Part shown: in pieces, positions 1 through 10,956 of the stretch
How the letters are laid out: every line of letters begins with the position of its first letter
Numbering within the stretch: position 1 is the first letter of the stretch
Assembly (NCBI RefSeq): GCF_000143415.4
Contig: NW_003314276.1
Span: forward strand, 893,630-957,629
Direction: 5' to 3'
Source of the DNA: Selaginella moellendorffii
Lineage: Eukaryota > Plantae > Lycopodiophyta
DNA: 64,000 bases
The notes under the pieces: model-generated
What the model was told of the DNA's origin: nothing
Database searches by the model: none
The model's input: only the letters and a program-made list of their open reading frames with translations
Translations under genes and position numbers: made by a program

Positions 1-58
1 TGGTGTTATCCTATGGTAAATCACCATAGGATAAAGGGTCAAAACCACGTGCGCTACA
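1..58 (+). mobile_element. 3' end of a B'-family LTR nested in the pol gene of element A
   Basis: Ends ...GTGCGCTACA like family B LTRs. Matches the reverse complement of 22401-22456. The pol frame resumes right after it. Confidence 0.7.
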
Positions 59-59
59 G

Positions 60-3000
60 GTGAAGAGTGACAAAAAGACAAGAACGGAAGAAGTGCCTTT
101 AGTGATCCAGCGGGTGTTGGACCAATTCCAGGATACCATGCCGGAGGAGCTACCGGCGGGGCTGCCCCCAGCACGACCAATAGAACATAAGATTGAGCTA
201 GTCGAGGGTGCTGAGGCAGTGGTTCGTCCCCCTTATCGTTTGAACGAAAAAGAACTCAAGGAGCTCAAGTGCCAACTAGAGGAGTTGGTGGACAAAGGGT
301 ATGTTAGGTTGAGCAAGTCGCCGTATGGGGCGCCGGTGTTATTTGTGAAAAAGAAAGATGGATCTATGCGCATGTGCATAGACTACCGCTTGCTCAACAA
401 GTATACAAAGAAGAACAAGTACCCTTTGCCAAGGATTGAGGACCTGTTCGATAGGTTGGGAAAGGCAAAATACTTCTCGAGGATTGACCTAAGGTCAGGA
501 TACTACCAGATCAGGGTAGCCGAGGAAGATGTCGAGAAGACAACCTGTCGAATGAGGTATGGGAGCTTTGAGTTTCTGGTGATGCCCTTCGGGCTATGTA
601 ATGCGCCGGCAACGTTTTCGGCGCTAATGAACCACGTCTTTGTACCCTATCTGGATCACTTCGTGGTCGTCTATATCGACGACATCCTGATCTATAGCGA
701 GACGCTAGAAGAGCATGCCGAACACTTGGCGAAGGTGTTTGAGAAACTAAGGGAACACAAGCTGTATGCTAAAGAGAGCAAATGTGACTTTGCTCAACAA
801 GAGGTAAAGTTTCTCGGGCATGTGGTGGGCCAGGATGGGCTCAAGGTGGACCCGGAGAAGGTCCAAGCGATCCAGGAATGGGAGCGACCATCGAATGTAC
901 ATGAGTTGAGGGCGTTCCTGGGGCTATGCAACTACTATCGAAAGTTTATCAGACACTATTCGAGAGTAGCCCTGCCCTTAACGGACCAAACAGGAAAAGG
1001 GAAGATGGTATGGACAGCAGAATGCGAGGCGGCATTCGTCCACCTCAAAGGGAAGTTGAGGAAGGCTCCCGTATTGGCATTGCCAGACTTTGGTAAGGAC
1101 TTTGAGGTAGAAACGGATGCTTCGGACTTTGCGTTGGGCGCAGTTCTGAAGCAAGACAACCATCCGGTAGCGTTCTTCTCGAAGAAGCTGGACAAGGCTC
1201 AACGGAAGTGGCCTGCGCATGAGAAGGAATTGTTTGCGGTGGTCAAGGCACTCAAGGAGTGGCGACACTACCTTGGGAGACACTTCAAGGTTTACACGGA
1301 CAATGTGGCAACGAAACACTTCTTGTCACAGCCCGACCTAAGAGGGAAACAAGGTCGGTGGGCCAATGCCTTGGCCGAGTTTGATTGCGAAATTCTGTAC
1401 AAGCCTGGGAAGAGCAACATCGTGGCGGATGCGCTAAGTCGAAAAGCGAGCTTGAAGTTGGCAATATCCAGCGCAACAGCAACCTTCTGGGACGATGTGC
1501 GGACAGCATATGAGAACGATGGTCTAGCACAGGAAGTGTTGCTGAGGAATCTAGAGGCGCGGGAAGCTCACCAGAGAGGTGAGCTGCCAACGGAAGAGAA
1601 AACGGGCTATGCGGAACGCAACGGACTCATTTATTACAAGCAAACGAGGGTGTATGTTCCAGAAGGGGAACTAAGGAAGGTGGCCTTAGAAGAGTGTCAT
1701 GACGGACCTCTTGCGGGACACGGCGGAGTGCCCAAGACGATGGGCTTACTCAAGAGGAAGTACCATTGGCCAGATATGGCTAAGGACGTCCAAGACTATG
1801 TAAAGACATGTCCAACATGTCAGCAGGTCAAAGCCGTGACTAAGGCTAGTGGGGGCTTGTTGCAAAGCATCCCAATTCCAGATCGCCCATGGAAATGTCT
1901 TACGATGGACTTCATCACGGGGCTACCCCCAAGCGAGGGGTTCGATGCGATATTCGTGGTGGTGGACCGATTTTCAAAGATGGCACATTTCATACCCACC
2001 ACAACGGACGTGGATGCGGAAGGTGTGGCAAAGCTGTTCTTCGAACAAGTGGTTCGAGTGCGGGGAAGGCCGGAAAAGATTATCTCAGATCGAGATAAGA
2101 TCTTCACTAGTAGGTTCTGGAGGACACTCCTAGAACAGTATCGCACCAAATTGAAATTCAGCACAGCCTATCACCCACAGACAGGTAATGGGTATTAAGT
2201 CAAGATTGATGGCACTAACACTTCTTGACAGACGGACAAACGGAAAGGGTGAATAGGCAGCTGGAGGATTATTTGCGATGCTATGTCTCGGGAGACCAGA
2301 CCGACTGGGTAAATCATTTGGGACTTGCGGAAATGTGTTATAACAACTCACCACACTCAAGCATCGGGGTGAGTCCATGGGAAGTCATCAATGGGCGAGC
2401 TATTGAAGGTCCTGTGGAACTCGGCGTGGCCGAGTATCATGGAGAGTTACCCGCAGTGGAGGCATTCACGGCGGAAAGACTCAACATTTGGAATCTAGTG
2501 AGGGATTCCTTGGAACGGGCTCAACAAAGGCAAACTAAGTACGCGAACCAAAAGCGTCGGGATGTGGAGTTCCAAGCTGGGGAGAAGGTGTGGCTGAACA
2601 CCAAGAACCTCAGACTACCAAGCTGGATCAGCCGAAAGTTGACCCAAAGGTAAAGATGCATGTATTCCTGTAAATGAATTGATCTTGAGTTCCTTAAGCA
2701 GGTTCGCGGGGCCTTATGAAATTGAGGCACGAATCAGTAAAGTGGCTTACCGACTCCGACTTCCTCAAGAGATGGGGAAGATGCACCCAGTGTTCCACGT
2801 GAACTTACTCAAGCCGTACTTTGAGGATCCGCTTCGCAAGGACCAAGTGAGACCTTTACCTGAGGTTATCCAAGAGGAAGAGGAATACGAAGTCGAGGCC
2901 ATCCTCAATGCGCGCAAGAGCAAGCGACAAGGACGCGAGGTGAGAGAGTTCCATGTGAAGTGGAAAGGATTTCCACACTGCGAAGCAACATGGGAACCGG

Positions 3001-3083
3001 AGGAGAACCTAGCGAACGCACGAGATCTAGTGGAGGAATTTCTGCAAGGCAGAACTTTATGTACTTATGCAAAATTCAATTAA
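60..3083 (+). CDS. pol: Pol (RT-RH-INT-chromodomain), spliced: join(60..2184,2232..2649,2702..3083), 5'-partial
   Basis: Removing GT-AG segments 2185-2231 and 2650-2701 gives one stop-free frame with [14 protein letters not shown] and KLTQR-FAGPY restored. Confidence 0.85.
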
Positions 3084-3486
3084 AAATATCAATTTGCAAA
3101 GTTGAGCAAGTGGCATATGTTGGGACCCAAAGGCGCGCCAAAGGTAAGCTAATTAGCATGGGTTGGATAGGTCGACCAGGCGTAGGGCACTACGCCCGAC
3201 TCCCTGCGGGGATGTCGAATCCGTAGACGTATTCTACGGAGGTTGGGTTCGAGTCCCAACCCCCTAGTAAAGCAAGGCTGGGTTCAAGTCCCGACCCTAT
3301 ACTAGGGCGTGGTGAGGTGAGGAGTATAGGGACACCTATATTCCGTTGTCATGGGCTCTTGGCCGGGGAGGCTAACTTAGGCACACCGCTAAGTGGGGGG
3401 ATGCCCCCGGAGACATGGACAACAAGTCGTAGGATAAAACGAGACGTTCGATGTGGGCATCGAACTTCTTCTATGGGTGGTGGAGT

Positions 3487-4635
3487 TGTAAGGAACCGAC
3501 TCCCCGAGATGTCGTAGGCTAAAGGATCCCCAAAAGCTTGACCGAAGTGACAAAGAGTTCATCGGATGGGACCAAGTCGAGGATCGAGTCCAAGACCGAC
3601 TCTAGGACCGAGTTCGAGATAGAGTCCGGAATCGAGTCCGAGACCGACTCGGGGACCGAGTTCGAGTCCGAGTTCGAGTCCGAGTTCGAGACGGAGTCCG
3701 AGATCCGAAATCGGGTCCAAGACCGAGTCCGAGGTCGAGTCCAAGGTCAGGTCCGAGATCGGGTCCGAGATCGAGTCCGTGATCGAGTCCGAACCCGAAT
3801 CCGAAGTCGGATCCGAAATCGGGTCCGAGATCGAGCCAGAGACTAAGTCCAAATACTAATACGGGTCAAGGGGTGAAAGCCCAAAGCGTGCGTCTCCCAG
3901 GGGGGGGGGGGCTGCAGGGGGTTCCAAAAGTATAGTAGGGATAGTGAGGTCCAGGAACCAGTTTTGAAGGGACTCTCCAGTTGGGCTTCCAAACCGACTT
4001 GAGGTTGGGACTGGGACCGAGGGGCCTTGGGTGGGAGTGAGCAGGGACTTGGCTGGTGCCGGAGGGGCCATCCAAGGAAGTGCTCAAGAGCAGCTCCCAC
4101 TCCCGAAAGGGAAACCGATTGCGGTGCTCCCGGCTCATATGGAGTGGTGCCCCACTTGAGTACCATGCGGCTCATTGGTCCTCGCCCTTCCTAGGGGCTT
4201 GGGCCTTCCTTCGGGATGGAAGTGGGGGGCGAGAGGTACCCATACCGGGCCGCTAGGCCACGGTGTTTCGCCCCGGCGTCCCGAAGCAAGTGTTGCACTC
4301 AAGACTTGGGATTTAGAGGGTCCCATGATCAAGTCTTGTGGTACCAAGGGATGTTAGGAACCTGGAAGCTTGGTGTGCTTGGCTGCTTGTGCTTGCGGGG
4401 AGTGTAGCCGAACCTTAAGTCTAGTCTAACCCGGGGAGGGGGATTGGGAGTGATTTGGGAATCCATGGAAGGATGGCTAACACTCCGTTGCTCGTGCAGT
4501 GAGTAGCTGAAACCAAGTAGGAGCTGGTACCATAGGCGAGAACCTTGGCGAGGGAACTTAGCAAAAGCCAAGGCAGTGTTGGACGGATAGGCGAGGTAAG
4601 CTGGCAAAGTGGAAAGGAAAAATTTGTGGCTTACA
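3487..4635 (+). repeat. 3' LTR of family A
   Basis: TGTAAG...CTTACA inverted termini. Near-identical to solo LTR 42250-43399. Confidence 0.92.
3570..3850. repeat. Degenerate GAGTCC/GAGACC/GAGATC hexamer array inside LTR A
   Basis: Visible 6/12-nt periodicity that generates spurious ESE/RVRD ORFs. Confidence 0.85.
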
Positions 4636-7028
4636 AAATTCTAACCAATGGTAGCTCTACTTCCAATGCTCCTTAAAATGCCCTGATGCTACATCATCAT
4701 CTAGTTCCTCAATATCATTCTCAATCTTTATTTGCACGGTAGCCTTCCAAAAATTTAGAGTTGATTGCCTCCCAGAAGCAAGATCAATAGCTAAGGGACA
4801 CTTCTTTTTACCTGGAGGTAGTGTCGGCATTCTACCACGTTTACCTAAGCAGCATACAGCGTCTCACCGAGTGGGCTCTTGCTCTTGAAATGACCTACCT
4901 ACTCCGCTGACAGGTGGTATGTAGTATATTCTACTAGCATCTTTAACACTAATTTAAATGTACTTATATTTCAATTAATTAATGTGGGTTAACAAAAAAA
5001 TCCTTTTCTTATTAAAATACCCAAGATAAAATCCTCTTGATATCAAATAACCAAGGTTAAATCCTTGTACATGATTTTTTTCCCGGGCCGTAGATCCTTC
5101 ATGGTTTGATTTGCCCGAGAGTTTTTAAAAAGTTCCAAGTTTTTATATGGGAGAAGGAGGCATTTTTCGACCACTGATTGGGACATCTGTCTTCTTATAA
5201 CCATGAAACATAAGGGTTTGAATCTCAAAAACTAAGGTGGCAAGAAAATTCAGTGAAATCAAGTTTTCATTGAAAATTCACTGAAAATTCGGAAAATGAT
5301 TAAATATATTTCTTTTGTAATGTAGCTTGTAAGAGTTGGAGCACTGAAAACCTTCTATTAATAATGCTAAAATTAATAACACAATTAGAGTGTAAGGAGA
5401 ATTATAGCCAAAACTGAGCATATTGTGCACTATATGGAGCAATAACTATCTTATAGTGAAACTGAACTTGTAGTATATAAGTGGTATTGGTGACTTTGAT
5501 TATGCTAACTTAGGTCCTTTTTATATTATTTACAAAAAAATTTATTCTCATGAGTTTCCATAGTATTTTCTTTGTAATAACAAAAAATAAAGACTAGCTA
5601 AGCTTGGATAAATATGTAGCAATCTTATCATAAACTGACATAACACATTTATTAAGATGAGAGTTTTCTTGACATAAATTTTATGTATGTGGCAATATAT
5701 GATCTGATCACTTTTTTTATGTTTGTAGTGTTCAAATTCAACTCTCTGTTGTTAATTACTTAATTAAATTTTAATAATATTAAAATAAATGCTACAATGC
5801 CTATAGTATATTATAGTTTTTCTATTTAGAGGCTGCAATAAAAATTAAAATTTCAATTAATTAAAAATTCAATTGATAACATACTACAGCTACAAAATTT
5901 TGTTACATTATTGTGCTTGAAGTGCAATAATAAAGAGGGCCCACCTGTGATAAACCCTAACTTGCTAGTAAACCCTAAACCTTATATGTAAATAAACAAG
6001 CTATAGACTTTATAAAGATCATGCAAGATAAGGATTTGCTTAACTTGGGTGAAGTTTAATTCAAAGTGTCAGTTGACAAGTGTTATTCCAAGAACATCAC
6101 GATGGTATGGGGTGATCCGCTGGAACTTATTCTTGAGCATCTGAATTGGAGGGTTGGGATTTTTGTTTTGGACAACAGCTGGGCAACTGCAAAGGGAGAG
6201 CTTGAAGCCATGTACATATCCATGCTTGGTAGTGGACATTGCGTTTGTCACATTGTCACTATGTTGTTAAATGCTTATTAAATTTATGCTTTGCTCTGAT
6301 AACACTCAGTGGATCAGCCAGATTACGACCTTTTCCAATATCATCATGTCATGTTCATGGTGTAAGGGCAAATCAGGGATGACTATTTTTCACTTTGTGG
6401 GGCCATTTATGAAAACATAAATCAAGAGGTCCACTCATCGGGCATCTGCAACAAGCGGGTCCTTGTTGAGCTGCGGGTGGCACTTAGTTGCCGTGGCAGC
6501 ATCCTGATCCCTTTGTCTGTGAGTGGTGAATATAGCTCCACATGTAGCATCCATCTAGAACATCTTGCATATTTTGTGATCTGTACATTTTTTTTATAGA
6601 ATATTAAACAAGCAGTTACGTTGTTTGATTTCCGATTCAAGTAAGTGCTGCTGCTTCTCTCGTGATACGACTGCATGATTGTTTTGTGGGATATATGAGT
6701 AGTAATGTTCATAAGCTGTAGGTATCCAACTTACTGTATCACCTATGAAAATTCAAGTCTAGATAAAATCAAGTCATAGACACTATTTATTTATGATTTT
6801 CATTTCTGTTCAGCTCATTACCATAAAGGATGTGAATAGGAACAGGCTGCGATGTAAGAGAACACAGCTAATGATTGACATTGTTTGACTATCGTGTATC
6901 TTCATCTTCACATGATAATACGAACAAGTGGATAATGGTTCTGAATTATCTACCGCTTACAAGGAACACCATGCTTGTGGTTAGTGCTAGTCAAGTCAGC
7001 AGCGTTGACTATAGATAACTATTAGCTT

Positions 7029-7031
<3 letters not shown>

Positions 7032-7107
<76 letters not shown>
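7032..7107. repeat. (TA)n microsatellite
   Basis: About 38 uninterrupted TA units. Confidence 0.98.
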
Positions 7108-7109
<2 letters not shown>

Positions 7110-7710
7110 AGTCTTTAATATAGGGCATTTGCTTCAGTCAACAAAATTGGGGCAACTGTCAATTTGCAATTCTCCAGCAACAATTCATGGTCCATGTTTT
7201 TGTGCGGCAATAGGCATTAGTTAAGGAACTGCATAAAAGCTTAAAGCCGTGTATCCATTATCAATAGAGCATATTGCTCTTTAGGCATTCGTGACCATAA
7301 TGTAAATTTAAGTTTTTTTAGCCAACCAGCAGGGATCATCCAGATTGAGGAACCGTCTTCACAATATTCAACAAAATTCGTGCAAGACTTTTTTCTTTCA
7401 CATGTTTCATGATGTGAAAGCATACCACGCTTTAAGTTAGCTTAGGTTTCGGAACAATCTGGCCCTTATCAGTAAGTGGTCCACTCATCGGGCATCTGCA
7501 GCGAGCGGGTTATTTGGTGAGTGGATGGGATGTTGTCTAGAGGGATGTTGTGATTATGTGGTCAGGAGTGATTTTAGTTGCATCTGATAGTCACAGTGAG
7601 CATTTCCATGACGACTCTGCACCACGTCTTCTATCAGATGTGAATTCATAGTTAGAGATCCAAATTTCCAAAAGCAAGAACATTTTCAGGCAGCTAAACT
7701 CAATAGATTT

Positions 7711-8024
7711 TCAGTCATGGATTCCACACTCGTAATTGAACAAGGGCCAGCACGTAATTGAGCAAGGTGTTATTGTTATTGAGCCTGGCAAGCTCAAGGT
7801 CGACTGGCACATTCCAATCTTGGCGCAGATCTCGTCGTCATCGAGCACAGCTTCCAGATTTGCCAACACCTGTGGCCCATACTCCAGCACCAGCAGCTTG
7901 CACTGCACAGAAACCAACCATGTCACACTCGCCTCCTTTAAAAACCAGCTCGAACTGCCATTACTTCATCCTCATGGTTGTGCAATTTCTGGCAGTTGGC
8001 CAGCAGGAATTCAATCAGCTTCTC
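7711..8024 (-). pseudogene. 3' fragment of a saposin B-domain gene (two exons)
   Basis: Exons 8024-7965 (EKLIEFLLANCQKLHNHEDE) and 7902-7711 (CKLLVLEYGPQVLANLEAVLDDDEICAKIGMC), GT-AG intron 7964-7903. No upstream exons found. Confidence 0.6.
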
Positions 8025-9181
8025 CTGGTTGGTGATCGATCAAAGCACAAAAGCATTTAAGACGATAGCCTGGAAACGGTTTTCTTCTCGTCTCATAGAC
8101 AGTGTTTTTGGATGTTCCAAGGTGGAGAAAGGTGGCTTCAAGGAGTATGTGCTCGAAATATGTGAGGTACAAGTGAATGATTAGTTGCCATCTTTAAAGG
8201 GTGATGATGGAATTAAATTTAAATATACTATCACTATGCATACTCAGGTGGCAATTGTGCAGGCGACTATCAATTCATCAACAGCATAAGTTGCACCAAC
8301 CTGTTTTCTGGTTTTCAGGATGGGTTTCATGTGGAATATGATGGAAGAAATCTGGCTAGGTTTTACAACTCCGTGAATTGCCAAGGGTCTGCAGTTACGA
8401 CCATCGCAAGAGACGTATCTATAGTTGGCTAGCTAAACATTGTGATGCGTTATCGTGAATCTCATCAATAAAACATCCAATGCAGTTTGTACTTTTATGA
8501 ATTGGCCTTTGTATAACTAGCAATTGCACTTCGAGATGTGGTAACTTATAAGTGGTCTTCCCTACCCCTTTCACTCCTGAAATAAGGTTTTCGTGCAGAG
8601 TGTTGCAGGTCATCTAGTTCTTATGTGTAAGCAAATGTCGGATGGAAAACTCCCACTGTCGCAAACATGGATCACGATCAAACGCTCGAATTTCGTTGAA
8701 GTCTCGTTGAGCCTCTTCTGAAAGAAGGAAAATCCGAAAATCCAGAAAAGTCAACAATTAGATATAATTTGACTTCACTGACTGAAATAAAAACAGGATA
8801 AGGATGGTGTGGGGTTTGGCGAAGGTCCGGATTCCGGAACAATCCACTTGCGAAGAAATCTTGTTCCAATTCTGTGCAACAAGAGGACGTTAAAACAGCG
8901 TAAGAACTGACGTTCAGGGGCGTCTGAAAAAATCAGTAAGTGTGAACTCGATCACAAAGAAACTCTTGAGTGTTGATGCAAAACTGAAGATCATCGCCAC
9001 CACCTAGCCAAAAGTAAGCACGCCGCAGCCGACATCAACTTAGTCAAGCTTGGAAAGTCGCTTCCAAACCAAGTCCGCGTACTTGGAGAGCTACAAGATT
9101 ATTTACACTCGTTTACCTTTGCTCGAAACTAATAACTAAGAAGCAACTAAGAAGCACTGTTTCAATTGAAGCAATTGGTAA

Positions 9182-10756
9182 TCAAGTTGGCACAGCCTTT
9201 TCCGCAACAAGAATGCTTCCCAAAACTGCGCAGTCTGACGAGCTCAAACCATGCCGACTCCTTTGCGAGCCGAGAAATCCCCGGCGAGCAGCGCCATCCG
9301 GGACGTAAGGCATGGTTTCCAGGAGCTCTCTCGCCTGGCTCAATCTCCCAGTCCGTCCTAAAAGATCCAGCATCGAGCAGTAGTGTCTGGGCTGAGGCTT
9401 GACTCCACAGTCGCCGCTCATTGAAACGAAGATCTCGCAGCCCTCGCGAAGCCGCCCTGCGTGGCTGCAAGCAACCAAGGCACTCAAATACGCAACTTGG
9501 TCAGGGAGAAGCCCGTGCTGGATCATCTCACGAAAGAGATCAATCGCTTGCGCTCCATCGCCGGACTGGCTACACGCGGAGATCACCGACGTCCACGACA
9601 CAACGTTCCATTCGGGCATTCTCTGGAAGATCTTCTTGGATTCCTGGAGATTCCCGCGGTGGGAGAATGCCGCCAGGATGGAGTTCCAGGAGACGATGTC
9701 TCTCTCGGGCATGAGAGCAAGGATTGCTTGCGCGAGGCCCAGATGGCCTTGTTGGGTATATCCCGCAAGGAGCGAGTTCCAGGTCCACAGCTCCCACTCG
9801 GGCATACTCTCCAGCATCCATCTTGCTTCCTCGAGGTGCCCTCTTGACGCCATCGCCGCGATCATCGTGTTCCAAGTCACAAGATCGCGCTGCTGGAGCT
9901 GGGAGAAGATCTCGCGAGCTTTATCCAGCTTCTGGCGCGCGACAAGGAGGCCCAAGATTGCATTGGAGGAGACGACGCTGGGCTCGGGCATGGACTCGTA
10001 AATCTGGATTGAATCCGCGACATCGCCCCTCTGTGCGAGCGCCTGGATCATGATCGTCCATGCCACGGCATTGCGTTCGGGCATCTTGTCAAAGAGATCC
10101 ATGGCGGCGGCGAGATCTCCTGCCGCAAGACAAGCCTGGAGCATCGTCGCCCACGACACGAGATTGCGCTCTGGCATTTGGACGAAGATCAAGCGAGCGC
10201 CACGAGCGTGATGATCTCCTTTCTGGGCATATGCTGCAAGCATAGTGTTCCAGGAGATTAGATCGCGCTCCGGCATACGATCAAACACCTCAATCGCCCC
10301 ATCAAGATCGCCAGTTTGCGCAAAGACTTCCAGGAATGTGTTCCAGGAGACCACATCGCGTCTGACCATGGCGGCAAACAGCTTCTTTGCATCGAAAAAA
10401 TGCCCATTTTGGGCATACGCCGCGAGCATCGTGTTCCAGGTGAAGAGGTTCCACTCTGGTGCCGCATCAAAGACATTCTTGGCCTGCTCGATCTTGCCGC
10501 TTGCGCCAAACCCAAAGATCATGATCGTCCAGGAGAAGACATTGCGATTGCTGATCCCAGCGAAGATCCCCCACGCAGCCTCCAGATCCCCGCACTTTCC
10601 AAACATCTCCACTGCCAGATTCGCAAGGAAGGTATCCCGGGAGAGATCGATCGCGGCAGACGCAAGGACCTCTCGGCCCCGTGCCAGATCTCTTCCATCG
10701 CCACATGATTTTAGGGCAGAGGCAATGCTTTCCCGGGAAAGAAAAGCATCTCGCAT
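9182..10756 (-). CDS. PLS-class pentatricopeptide repeat protein, E domain degenerate, no DYW
   Basis: Intronless 524 aa with repeated ~31-aa S-type motifs (FDRMPERDLISWNTML), then HYCSMLDLLGRTG and an E1-like motif. Confidence 0.9.
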   Translation of the reverse strand: MRDAFLSRESIASALKSCGDGRDLARGREVLASAAIDLSRDTFLANLAVEMFGKCGDLEAAWGIFAGISNRNVFSWTIMIFGFGASGKIEQAKNVFDAAPEWNLFTWNTMLAAYAQNGHFFDAKKLFAAMVRRDVVSWNTFLEVFAQTGDLDGAIEVFDRMPERDLISWNTMLAAYAQKGDHHARGARLIFVQMPERNLVSWATMLQACLAAGDLAAAMDLFDKMPERNAVAWTIMIQALAQRGDVADSIQIYESMPEPSVVSSNAILGLLVARQKLDKAREIFSQLQQRDLVTWNTMIAAMASRGHLEEARWMLESMPEWELWTWNSLLAGYTQQGHLGLAQAILALMPERDIVSWNSILAAFSHRGNLQESKKIFQRMPEWNVVSWTSVISACSQSGDGAQAIDLFREMIQHGLLPDQVAYLSALVACSHAGRLREGCEIFVSMSGDCGVKPQPRHYCSMLDLLGRTGRLSQARELLETMPYVPDGAARRGFLGSQRSRHGLSSSDCAVLGSILVAEKAVPT

Positions 10757-10956
10757 ATTCCCAATACTTAAATTTTGCTCCTCTGTTTCCCTCTTTCTCT
10801 GTTCCTTGATTAGAAGTTACAGCGAAGAAAGCAAGATCCTTTCCTTGGGCGCGATTGTACGCCTTCGCGGAGCACGATATAATCACTCAGTCGCGATGGA
10901 TCAATCAATTCGAGCCAATTCCTCCTCTTTCTCACCGCACTCTGTCCGGATCAGCG

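Larger units (their letters stand above)
59..4635 (+). mobile_element. Ty3/gypsy chromovirus, family A (5' part outside the window)
   Basis: RT (YIDD), RNase H, integrase (HHCC, D,D35E), GPY/F motif and chromodomain. PPT-like GGGTGGTGGAG precedes the 3' LTR 3487-4635. Confidence 0.92.

Noticed and set aside
3049-3170. A third intron after the chromodomain of element A (GC donor at 3049, or GTAAGC at ~3144)
   Set aside because: The ORF ends plausibly at 3083 and no conserved downstream motif defines a splice junction.
5951-5981. TAAACCCTAA motifs as an interstitial telomere
   Set aside because: Only two separated units, not an array.
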